Shown here: positions 30,931 to 40,342 of the stretch, piece by piece
Numbering within the stretch: the first letter of the stretch is position 1
Layout: each line of letters begins with the position of its first letter
Source of the DNA: Schmidtea polychroa
Lineage: Eukaryota
Direction: 5' to 3'
DNA: 64,000 nucleotides
Assembly (NCBI GenBank): GCA_044892525.1
Contig: CM097885.1
Location: 49,292,001-49,356,000, forward strand
Notes under the pieces: generated by a model
Seen by the model: the letters and a program-made list of their open reading frames with translations, nothing else
Databases searched by the model: none
What the model was told of the DNA's origin: nothing
Translations under genes and position numbers: made by a program

Positions 30931-31341
30931 CTAACAAGTCTCCTCCAAATCTGTTTCCTCCCCAATAGAAACGGGGGCATTAATTTCTCTTTCCTCCTCA
31001 ATAGAAACGGTGGCATCATTTTCTGTATCAATAATAATTTATTAAATAATTTAATAAATAAATAAATAAATTTACCTAAAACATCGTCCTCAATAATAAT
31101 AATTGAAGCATCGTCATCATCTTCAATTGTTATTGGTTCTAAGACAATAATAATATTAATAACTCAAATTTAAAAAATTCACCGAAAATATGTTCCAAAT
31201 CCAACAGTTCTTCATTTTCAGACACATCATACCAATCTAAATTATCTGAAAATAAATAATTAGAAATATTAATAATAATAATAATAAATTACCATTGCTG
31301 TTCGTTAAGAGAGCACGTAAAATATTACTGGAATTGTTCAT
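30931..31341 (-). CDS. Predicted 4-exon acidic 88-aa protein with SIM-like motifs
   Basis: Exons 31341-31293, 31245-31183, 31138-31076 and 31022-30931, joined by GT-AG introns of 47, 44 and 53 nt, give one open frame ending in TAG. Confidence 0.65.
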
Positions 31342-31605
31342 CGAATTTTTGGATTTTGATTTTTCAGAGACAACTTTACGAACTTATATAAAAAATAAGT
31401 TTATATAAACCTGTAAAATTGACATTTTAAACAAATATTTATTCTAATTACTTGCGAATCCGGTCAGTCTTAGAATAAAGTACAAATAAATTTATTATTA
31501 TTATTACCATTACAATTACTATTAATCATGTACGGATCATGCACCGTGCATGACTGAATTTTTTAATATTCTAATAATATAAAACATATTTAAAAATAAT
31601 AAAAC

Positions 31606-31639
<34 letters not shown>

Positions 31640-31709
31640 TAATAATAATAATAATAAAACATAATAATAATTATAAAATAATAAAAACACATTTTTATAA
31701 AAACATTTA

Positions 31710-32086
31710 TTATTTAATAGACATAAGCCATCCTAAACAATGTTGTCCGCACGTACGAGTTAAAGGGTGTTGATACATTGTTTTATTATATACAATAGGT
31801 TTGCCCATCGTTTGTAGTTTCGAAACCAATAAAGCAGGATAATAGAAACCCATAGGATCGAATACATGTATCTTATCTGGTTTCATATAGATTGCAATCC
31901 AATGCTCTCCGCCGAGATGAGATGAATGGGTATTGACGATTATGGCTTGATTATTTTTCAAAAATGGTATTTTATCGAGAGGAAAAACTCCTAAAAATTC
32001 ATTTCCTAATATTTGTTTTCCAATTCGATTAACCTGAACAGAACTATTTTAATAAATTAAACAGTATAAAAAACAACTTACTCCAT
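31710..32086 (-). CDS. Adenain-like maturation cysteine protease (2 exons; intron 32044-32081)
   Basis: Spliced N-terminus MDSVQVNRIGKQILGNEFLGVFPLD; GEHW, FDPMG and Q...TCGQHC catalytic motifs. Confidence 0.88.
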
Positions 32087-32113
32087 GACAACTTTCTGTA
32101 TTTCTGTATACAT

Positions 32114-33337
32114 TTATACCAGAACGGTTCTATTTGCAGTAATTTGAACTTCATTTTCAAATACTCCATATATTATAACATGCACAGGTTCTGTAATAGC
32201 TTTTGCAAACTTTATATCTAATCGTAAATTTCCATTTTGAGGTAATTGACTCTGATTCAAATCAAAATCTGGGGCCAAAACAAATGTAAAGAATGGATAT
32301 TTGGATTTGAATTCTTCAAGAGTTATGCCGCAATTCAAATTTTTATCTAAATATCCCATATTTCTAACAATACTCTGCATATATGTAGCACAGTAATTGT
32401 CACTATCGAAATCTTGAGTATATGTTTCTCGATAATCAGTATTTTTCGACAAAGTTAGAGATGTAACACCAAAGGTTTTGAAAATTGAGCTGGAGGCACT
32501 ATATGAACCATTATATTGTGCTTCACCTTGAAATGTTACCAGAATAAAGTTTGGCATTCTTCTATCTCCAAATATTTGTTCCTTATAGAAGGAAGAAGCA
32601 CCTTTGGCTATTGCAAATGAAACAATTTCTTTTGTTTTCAGAGGATAGATTGCATGCCTAGAATTAAGACCCAACTGATGACCTGCTAATACCGACGGAT
32701 CAACTCGAACTCTTCTTACTAGTAATTTTGCATCAACTAATTGACATATTGGTTGACCAGCACCACTAGTTAATGATAAAGAAGAATCGGTTCTTTTCAG
32801 TCTAATGTGTACATTGACTCCTGGAAGTAAATATTTTGGTTGATCCATAAAATCGAGTTGTAATGATGAACACATGGTGAAAATCTTTGAGCCTTTAATC
32901 CATTTTTTCCGTTCGTCATCACTTGCTGCATAACCCATAGGAGTAAGACATGTATTTTTGGTGTCGGTATTATAATTTAAAATAGTTTCTATTATCGCCT
33001 TGTGGATATATGTATTGTTGCCACCTTCAATCTTGATATTATTAAATCCAAGAATAGCATCTTTAAAAAGTGTATGAAACAAAAAATTATTAGGTATTGT
33101 AGCATCAGCATCACCCAAAGCCTTTTTATCTTTATCTATAACCTTGATTTGAACAGTCAATAAAGTATCATTCAAATCTAAATATTCTGTTTGAGAACCA
33201 TTGATGTAAAATTCTACATCATTTCTACTATCGGTAATTGAATTCATAGGAAAAACTTCCTCAAATGCCCCAAATTCTATTACAGCCTGGGGCGATGGTC
33301 TATCAAATATGCATAATTCAGATTTACCACAAATCAT
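32114..33337 (-). CDS. Polinton major capsid protein (double jelly-roll), 407 aa
   Basis: ELCIF, VEFYI..EYLDL, NNFLFHTLF, QPKYLLPGV, GNLRLDIKF, IYGVFENEVQI motifs; gene context. Confidence 0.85.
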   Translation of the reverse strand: MICGKSELCIFDRPSPQAVIEFGAFEEVFPMNSITDSRNDVEFYINGSQTEYLDLNDTLLTVQIKVIDKDKKALGDADATIPNNFLFHTLFKDAILGFNNIKIEGGNNTYIHKAIIETILNYNTDTKNTCLTPMGYAASDDERKKWIKGSKIFTMCSSLQLDFMDQPKYLLPGVNVHIRLKRTDSSLSLTSGAGQPICQLVDAKLLVRRVRVDPSVLAGHQLGLNSRHAIYPLKTKEIVSFAIAKGASSFYKEQIFGDRRMPNFILVTFQGEAQYNGSYSASSSIFKTFGVTSLTLSKNTDYRETYTQDFDSDNYCATYMQSIVRNMGYLDKNLNCGITLEEFKSKYPFFTFVLAPDFDLNQSQLPQNGNLRLDIKFAKAITEPVHVIIYGVFENEVQITANRTVLV

Positions 33338-33702
33338 TTTGCAAATATAGTTCCATGTCCTTTCATTCGTTTGTTTATACGTGATATTCCATGTCTTTTA
33401 CGTTTTGGAGCTGGAGCTGGAGCTGGAGGTTTTTCTTTTTGAAACATACCTGCAACCCCGGGTAAAACTTTCCCTAATTCAGCTAAAGCATTTGATTTTA
33501 GAGATGGTAATATTTTCTGTTCATTCATAATAACATCTTTTGCAGTTTTCATACCAAAACTACCAATACGTTTAAGAATAGGCAATGCAAATCTACCAAT
33601 TGTTCTCAACCATCCCGATCCGTACTGTTTACCAATAAAATATGGTAATTCACCGCCAGATTGGCTATCACTATACATACTAATAATATCAGAATTAGCC
33701 AT
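33334..33702 (-). CDS. Small basic virion core-like protein with QSGG/QYGSG motifs
   Basis: YSDSQSGGELPYF...QYGSGWLRTIGRFALPILK; overlaps the MCP start by 4 nt. Confidence 0.7.
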   Translation of the reverse strand: MANSDIISMYSDSQSGGELPYFIGKQYGSGWLRTIGRFALPILKRIGSFGMKTAKDVIMNEQKILPSLKSNALAELGKVLPGVAGMFQKEKPPAPAPAPKRKRHGISRINKRMKGHGTIFAK

Positions 33703-34762
33703 CTACTTTACGAAAATGTAATGTCAAATGAGTTTTTGAACCTTTTGGAAAGTTTATAAGTTTTCCACTATCATCACGAATATTTATTTCTATATTGTTT
33801 ATACATGAACTTGCTATTGGTAAATACATGGGATTATCGATATTTATATTGACAACTTCATCATGTTCATATTTTCCAATCCATACCGATTTCAAAAGAG
33901 GAACACTGGAATCACCAACAATTATGGGTTCGATAATGTTAGTATATATGAACATTTGTTGATGATGTTCTAGTATTCTTGGTTTGCGTATACCAGTCGA
34001 TTTTTCTCTATATTTTTGCTTATCTAATCCAAGTGAATTTGCCAAATTTTTATCAAATGTAACTTCGCAAATATCCTCATTCAAACTGAAGGTAAACATC
34101 AAATCTTTCACAATTTCCATATTTTTAAATATGTGTGAACAATTGAACTTTAAATATTTAAGTAATACATCAAGTTTATCAAAATATAATTCATCAGCAA
34201 AGGTGAATGATTCTTCAACTTCATCATTATACGACACAGATATTTTTATTTCTTCTTTCACTATACTGTTTGCTTCAAATAGATTAAAACGTAATAAATA
34301 CTCGGTCTCCATAACAATATTTTTCAGCTTATTGCAACCCATTCGTTTGGCATCTTCAATAGTTTCGAATGTTATTGTAAATGGTTTAAAATCACAACTG
34401 ATATTTAATCCATCCTTGTAAAATATATAGCAATGCGAATCTAATATTTGGTTCGGAATATGATATGTTTTATCATAATTACTAATAATAAAGATACCGC
34501 TACATGTTTTCACAATATTCCTTTTGAAATCAATCTTACATTGACTATAAAATGGGAATGTGTTGTACACGAATGTAAAATCTTGCAGTGCAACTTCCCA
34601 GTCACCATTTAGAGAAATCGGATTCTGGAGATTGACCATAAATTTACTGGCTTGATTGTCTGGATGAATTAATGGGCAACTATTGGTCGGTAAAATAGTA
34701 TAAAAATTCACTTTACTAGGTCCTTTGCTGATATCCATGACGGGTTTTGATAACCATGCCAT
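33695..34762 (-). CDS. Polinton minor capsid (penton) protein; exact start uncertain
   Basis: FYTILPTNS...PDN...L.GDWEVAL at the N-terminus; FIYTNII...VGD...PLL, PMYLP, IEINIRD, LHFRK at the C-terminus. Confidence 0.82.
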   Translation of the reverse strand: MAWLSKPVMDISKGPSKVNFYTILPTNSCPLIHPDNQASKFMVNLQNPISLNGDWEVALQDFTFVYNTFPFYSQCKIDFKRNIVKTCSGIFIISNYDKTYHIPNQILDSHCYIFYKDGLNISCDFKPFTITFETIEDAKRMGCNKLKNIVMETEYLLRFNLFEANSIVKEEIKISVSYNDEVEESFTFADELYFDKLDVLLKYLKFNCSHIFKNMEIVKDLMFTFSLNEDICEVTFDKNLANSLGLDKQKYREKSTGIRKPRILEHHQQMFIYTNIIEPIIVGDSSVPLLKSVWIGKYEHDEVVNINIDNPMYLPIASSCINNIEINIRDDSGKLINFPKGSKTHLTLHFRKVDG

Positions 34763-35337
34763 TTGACATAGTATTGTTTATCCTTGCCGACCTTTTTAGT
34801 TTTCAATATTTTTTGAATTCTAAATACCTTTGGAGGAGGAATGACTTGTAATTCCTGCTCATAAAATTTCCCTTGTACAATATTATTATCACTGTCTTTG
34901 ATGACATACATTACAGGATTCTGTTTAGTATTTATTTTTGAAATTACAAAGACTTCATCACTCCAATTTGTATCAAAATTTTTAATAAATGGTGATGCAC
35001 TAATTTTACTAATTCTAACACGATCACCGACTTTATATTTAGGTTTTGCAATTTTTACAGATTTCTTAGAATAGAATGTTTTTGATGTAATATCAACCGG
35101 TCTCAATCCATTCAGTCCTCGATGTGATGAATGATTATAACTTGTTATTATTTTCGGTAAAGCATTTACCCATTTTTTATTACCTTGATGCACGAATAAT
35201 TTCTTTAATCTATCTCTCAGTGTTCGATTAAATCTTTCAACATGGGCAGCTTTGTATTGAGAATGTACCGAGTAGTGATTTATTTTCAGTTTATCGAGGA
35301 TTTGCTTAACTTTGTTATTGTAGAATTCTTTACCTAA

Positions 35338-35387
<50 letters not shown>

Positions 35388-35775
35388 CCAAATCTGTTTG
35401 CAAGTTATTAGGATGTCCATCTTTAAATAAAATATTAATTGCCTTTGACATTTCATCTGCAGATTTTGCCTTGACTGGAATTGCTCGTGCAAACCTGCTG
35501 AATACATTAATACATGTTAAAATATATTTATTCCCATTGTTAATTTTCGAATACGGTATCATCTCCATCAAATCCATTTGCCATAAATCGTCAATACCAA
35601 ATGTTTTATAGGCTCTTGTTGGAAATCTTTTCCGCATTGGTTTGTTCAAACTGTACGCAAGCTGATCTGATAACCACTTCTGTGTTTCTTTTTTCGAATT
35701 CGGAACTCTTTTCTTTAATTTTGCCACTCCACCGAAACCGGCTTCGTCTTCTGGGTTCGTCCAAATCTTCTCCAT
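34708..35775 (-). CDS. Polinton retroviral-type integrase with chromodomain-like end (intron 35334-35387)
   Basis: WQMDL, QTDLG|KEF after splicing, VERFNRTL, YNHSSH, KVGDRVRIS, GKFYEQEL, YYVKWHGY. Confidence 0.92.
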
Positions 35776-35836
35776 TACAACAAGAAGATTTAAAATTAAA
35801 ATTTAAATTAGGTAATGAAGGATTAGCACCCATTGT

Positions 35837-36370
35837 TTATGATTGATTTCCTACAACTCCACCTAATAATGATAATGCCAGAGGTATCAATGCACCAATA
35901 AATCCACCTTGTTGTTTATATATAATTTTCCTCATTTGCTTACGATTTTTATTATTTACTAATGATAACAAAGGTTTCCTATGTTTGCTCAATAAATGCT
36001 TTTTTGATTTACTGATTTTAATTTTGCCTTTGACTACTTTAAGTATAATATTGAGTAAATCATCGACAACAAAATTTGGGAATGATTGCAATATATTCAT
36101 TCTTTTCATACTCGGGGCCTTTAACAATGCATTAAAAAATGGAAAACTGCGATGATTTTTAATTACTTTTTTACCGGCTTTACGGGTTTTACGGGTTTCA
36201 CGTTTAGGTTTAGGATTTTTCGAAATAAGATTCATTGCAGAGAAATTTTCAGTTACAAGTTTTTTAGATGGTGTATAACTAGTTGTTGGTGGAACCTTTG
36301 GAACTTTAATACTCTTTTTAATACTTTTTCTTAATTTCCTAATATTTTTCACCCTTGCTTTTAGAAACAT
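35837..36370 (-). CDS. Basic core-like protein with C-terminal QQGGFIGALIPLALSLLG
   Basis: Lys/Arg-rich; QxGG followed by an amphipathic helix, typical of small Polinton structural ORFs. Confidence 0.7.
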   Translation of the reverse strand: MFLKARVKNIRKLRKSIKKSIKVPKVPPTTSYTPSKKLVTENFSAMNLISKNPKPKRETRKTRKAGKKVIKNHRSFPFFNALLKAPSMKRMNILQSFPNFVVDDLLNIILKVVKGKIKISKSKKHLLSKHRKPLLSLVNNKNRKQMRKIIYKQQGGFIGALIPLALSLLGGVVGNQS

Positions 36371-36388
36371 TATTATTCATAGAGGTTT

Positions 36389-37015
36389 TCAACTTTGTTT
36401 ATAAACCATGGCACCTTTTGGGTTGAAAATATCTGTTTTTACTCGTAAATCATCGGGACATTGTTGTGTGAAATCAAGAAATATATATCCATGAGGTATT
36501 TTTGTAGCATCTTGAAATGCACTGATAAGAAAATTACGATTGTTAGGGTATGCTTGACGTGCAAGAAAATCAATCACTGTTGCATCTCTAGGATTCTTAA
36601 AAATAACTAAATATTGTACATTTAAATTACGTGTTCGATGTGCACCACCTTGATGAAATAGATTTTGAGTTATAAAAATAACAGTTACACCAACGTGTCT
36701 ACTGATTTTAGTAAATAAATTATTGAAATTCTTTTCTTTATTAGCTTCTTGATACAAGTCATCAATAATTATGACATCCCCCTTCTTTAGTCTACTGGAC
36801 CAATTTTTATCAAATCCCTCTACTATTTTCATATTTTTCAATTTACAGAAACTTGATTGAGTCAATCCGTGTTCTTGATCAGCACCTCGATGCCAATAAA
36901 TTTTGTTAAATTTTGATTCAAATAAATGTGATTTTAGTAATTTGCAAACAAACAAAGTTTTGCCGCTACCACTTGGTCCGACTATTTGATATACAGCATC
37001 ATTTCTTAGTTCCAT
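36389..37015 (-). CDS. A32/FtsK-like genome packaging ATPase
   Basis: Walker A GPSGSGKT, Walker B IIIDD, SRH..VTVIFITQNLF, YLVIFKNPRD. Confidence 0.92.
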   Translation of the reverse strand: MELRNDAVYQIVGPSGSGKTLFVCKLLKSHLFESKFNKIYWHRGADQEHGLTQSSFCKLKNMKIVEGFDKNWSSRLKKGDVIIIDDLYQEANKEKNFNNLFTKISRHVGVTVIFITQNLFHQGGAHRTRNLNVQYLVIFKNPRDATVIDFLARQAYPNNRNFLISAFQDATKIPHGYIFLDFTQQCPDDLRVKTDIFNPKGAMVYKQS

Positions 37016-37134
37016 TTTTAATATTTATTTAAAAATTAATTTTGTTTATATCGTAAAGAATAAATTGATTTAATTACTCTATAATATAATATATATATAT
37101 ATATATACTTGATTTTTATAAATATTCAGTAGAA

Positions 37135-37647
37135 ATGTTGACAAATATTAATTATAGAGGTCGTGTGTCTTTGGAAACTGTTGGTATGATGAATTTCCCC
37201 AAGTGTAAACCACAACAATATGTCGACAAAACTGGAAAATATACTATTATATTTTTCAAAAATGGTAAATGTCGTATAATGGGTTGTAAGAAGCCTATCG
37301 AATTCAAGAATTTGCAATATAATATCAAAGATATTCAAGTTCAAAGTCTTACTATAGCTACCAAGGTTGAACAATCTATTAATTTGAATAATTTAGCAAA
37401 GTTATTAGATGGAGATTGTATATATGAGCCTGAATTATTTCCCGCTCTGCGTTATACAAAATATAATCCACTATGTGTAAATATATTTTCGAGTGGTAAA
37501 ATAGTTGTACTAGGTATTAAAAATTTAAATTTTCATACTATTGTTGAAGGAATTATAAACGATGTAAAGGATTTGATTGGATCTTTAACAATTTCTTCAA
37601 ATATAAGTAACGAGGATTTGCTTGAATATTTATTCAACAATGATTGA
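37135..37647 (+). CDS. TATA-binding-protein (TBP)-like protein, 170 aa
   Basis: Two TBP repeats: TIIFFKNGKCRIMG and INLNNLA...YEPELFPALRY...VNIFSSGKIVVLG. Confidence 0.85.
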   Translation: MLTNINYRGRVSLETVGMMNFPKCKPQQYVDKTGKYTIIFFKNGKCRIMGCKKPIEFKNLQYNIKDIQVQSLTIATKVEQSINLNNLAKLLDGDCIYEPELFPALRYTKYNPLCVNIFSSGKIVVLGIKNLNFHTIVEGIINDVKDLIGSLTISSNISNEDLLEYLFNND

Positions 37648-38008
37648 ACATGAAGGTAACTGTTTTTATTTTAAATTTACTGATTTTTGTTTAGAAACTA
37701 TACTAAAAATTTTGATTGATAAAATTGAAGATTTTTATCCGAATTTGAACAATTCCTTAATGTATTGTGCTCCAGAAGTTGTGTTTTACAAAATTTATGA
37801 AATAACTGGAATAAATGTAATAGATTTAATTCATATGGATCATGCTACGATTACATGTTATACCGATGATGTTGAAAATTGTGATTTTTGTAAAAATAAT
37901 ATGCAGAATACTTGTGGGGATGATAGTTGTACATGTTTTGTAAATCTACAGAAACGAGAAATAATTCATGCATTACTTGTGAAATTGCGAAAAAATGTAT
38001 TGTTGTAA
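37640..38008 (+). CDS. Unknown Cys-rich protein (~122 aa from ATG 37640)
   Basis: ORF overlapping the TBP stop; CDFC...C...CTC cluster; AATAAA at the stop. Confidence 0.55.
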   Translation: MIEHEGNCFYFKFTDFCLETILKILIDKIEDFYPNLNNSLMYCAPEVVFYKIYEITGINVIDLIHMDHATITCYTDDVENCDFCKNNMQNTCGDDSCTCFVNLQKREIIHALLVKLRKNVLL

Positions 38009-38210
38009 TAAAATATAATTATATTTGTTTTGTGATAACCTTAACTAACCTATAATATTTCTTTGTGTACAATAAATCATTTCAGACTTTGTTATTTAGC
38101 ATAAAATGAACTAGTTGATCACGTTTTGATCATGCCTGTCACTTGAAACTTGTTTACAATGAAATTAGTATAAAATATCTGGTTCAAATTATTAAATATT
38201 ATAACTACAA

Positions 38211-38802
38211 ATGGATAATCAAATTACAGGTTTGTTGTCGTTTACACATATTCCATTTATTAGTTTTTTAATCTAGGAGTTTTGAAGAGAAAAAATGCAG
38301 ATGCCGCTCAGGAATTCGGAAAACGGAAATTTAAAGAAGCGACATTATCCTCGGAAACCTTGGTCAATGTTCGAGTGGATACAAAAAAGCCAGTCGAATT
38401 CATGCAATACAAACTAAATTATTTGTATTGTCCAATTTCCTATACATTTAAGGTAAGTTTCTATAAATTATTTTGGATTTTATTATTATTATTTATTGTT
38501 AGGAACCAGTAACTCTGGAAAAATGTTTCTACAATGTGAGACTTTCCAAAATCAAGTTTCATGACAAGATGCTATTGGGACAATTATTTCAGAGGATCAA
38601 TGAAAATATTGAATTTGATGATGAAGATATGTTCATTAGAAACGATTTGGATATGATTCCCAATGGTGGTAAGATGAGCAAAATAACCTGCATGGTTACC
38701 ATATTAATTCAAGGGTATAATGTAAGCAGAGACCGAATCAAACCAATTTGGAAAATTATAAAAGCCGAAGATAAGTTTGAAGAGGAACATTGTTCATGTT
38801 AA
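38211..38802 (+). CDS. Predicted 3-exon 164-aa protein, unknown (C-terminus loosely like viral OB-fold SSBs)
   Basis: Exons 38211-38229, 38277-38452 and 38503-38802; GT-AG introns of 47 and 50 nt join two ORF-track fragments in frame. Confidence 0.65.
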
Positions 38803-38929
38803 ATTTATTTAATACATCTTTATTAGTGTTTTGGTGTTTTTAAATCATTGAAAATAACTAAAGTTTCAAATTTATTAATCTTCAATACAATCTCTTTTCA
38901 TTATATTTTCGGAGTATATAGATTAATAC

Positions 38930-39013
<84 letters not shown>

Positions 39014-39156
39014 GATATATAGCTCATTCGAAAGGTTTTGGATTGAGCTTTAAAATGAGCTATCGATTATTATTTTTCGTTGGCGGGAATTTAGAAAAAA
39101 TTAAAAATAAAATAATAATATTTTTAAAAATAATAATATTTTTTAAAAATAATAAT

Positions 39157-39565
39157 ATGACCTTGATGAGTTATCGCGATGACTCATATGACCTTGGATG
39201 AGTCATGTGACCTTGAAAATGACCTTGATGAGTCATAGGATGACTCAGGTGACCTTGAAAATTTGGATGAGTCGCCGGATGAGTCATATGACCTTGAATG
39301 AGTCATATGACCTTGAATGAGTCATATGACCTTGAATGAGTCATATGACCTTGAAAATGACCTTGATGAGTCATATGACCTTGAAAATTGTGATGAGTCA
39401 TCGGATGAGTCATATGACCTTGAGAATGACCTTGATGAGTCATATGGTGAGACATGGTCTTTGTTTAAATGACCTTGAAAAATTTGATGAGTCATAGGAT
39501 GACTCATGGTCTTTGTTTCAATGACCTTGATGAGTCATATGTCTTTGTTTAAATTTGACCTTGAA
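39157..39565. repeat. Subterminal array of ATGACCTTGA / GATGAGTCAT modules
   Basis: About 15 TGASTCA and about 16 TGACCTTG motifs; a related copy lies at 44620-44810. Confidence 0.9.
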
Positions 39566-39898
39566 AAAAATGTACTTTTAGACTTAGAATATTTTTGAAA
39601 ATCTTACCGACGGGGGGAGGGGGTATGTCTTTGTCCCAGAGGGCCGCTGGTTTAGTGGGCCGCTATCCCTCTACTAACGTTACCAATTTCAAACAATATT
39701 GCTGCAAATACTAGTACATCAATATTTAGTTTACCTTTGTTAATTTTACATTATTTTATTGTTTAAATAAATGTATATTTTGTTGATTTGTTTAATAATA
39801 CCCTTGCAGTTGTTGAGCGTGAGCAGTACACTTGTGAGCATTACCCATAGGGGGACAAAATATTTTGTCGGATAGACTCGGAGTATATAGATTAATAC

Positions 39899-39932
<34 letters not shown>

Positions 39933-40091
39933 AATAATAGAACACAGTAAGCCATATCCTTCAAACAAACCACTATTTTTTTTGCACAACAAACAATAAA
40001 AAAACAGCAACAAAACAATTGATGGCTTCAAATCAAACAAATCCAACAAATATTCCACAAATACCCAACAACTACGATAATACTAGTAGGT

Positions 40092-40335
40092 AGTTAGTAG
40101 CTCCCTGCCGCAATTACCCCCCCCCTGGGGGGGGGGGGGTCTGCGGCAACTTTTTTTTGGGGCAACTTTTGATTACGCAATTTTTCAGACTATAGTGAGG
40201 GGTTCTCGATGATCCTGGGATTTTCAATACAAAAAGCTTTTTTCAATACAAAAACGATGGTCCTGGGATTTTCAATACAAAAAAAATTTTTCAATACAAA
40301 AAGCTGGTCTCAATAAAAAAGCATGGTAATTTAAA
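40092..40335 (+). mobile_element. Polinton-type terminal fragment
   Basis: Starts AGTTAGTAG; shares GCAACTTTT, TTTTTGATTAC, CTGGGATTTT.AATACAAAA and CAATAAAAAA(C)GCAT.GTAA blocks with 62974-63210. Confidence 0.6.
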
Positions 40336-40342
40336 GTCACCA

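Larger units (their letters stand above)
30931..39678. mobile_element. Polinton/Maverick (adintovirus-like) element: structural half and right end; pPolB half not seen
   Basis: Tightly packed protease, MCP, mCP, integrase and ATPase; subterminal repeat array; terminus-like CTACTAAC at 39671-39678. Left boundary uncertain. Confidence 0.9.

Noticed and set aside
39322..39507. 61-aa SRSYDSS repeat ORF (also 44722-44904)
   Set aside because: Translation of the subterminal DNA repeat array.
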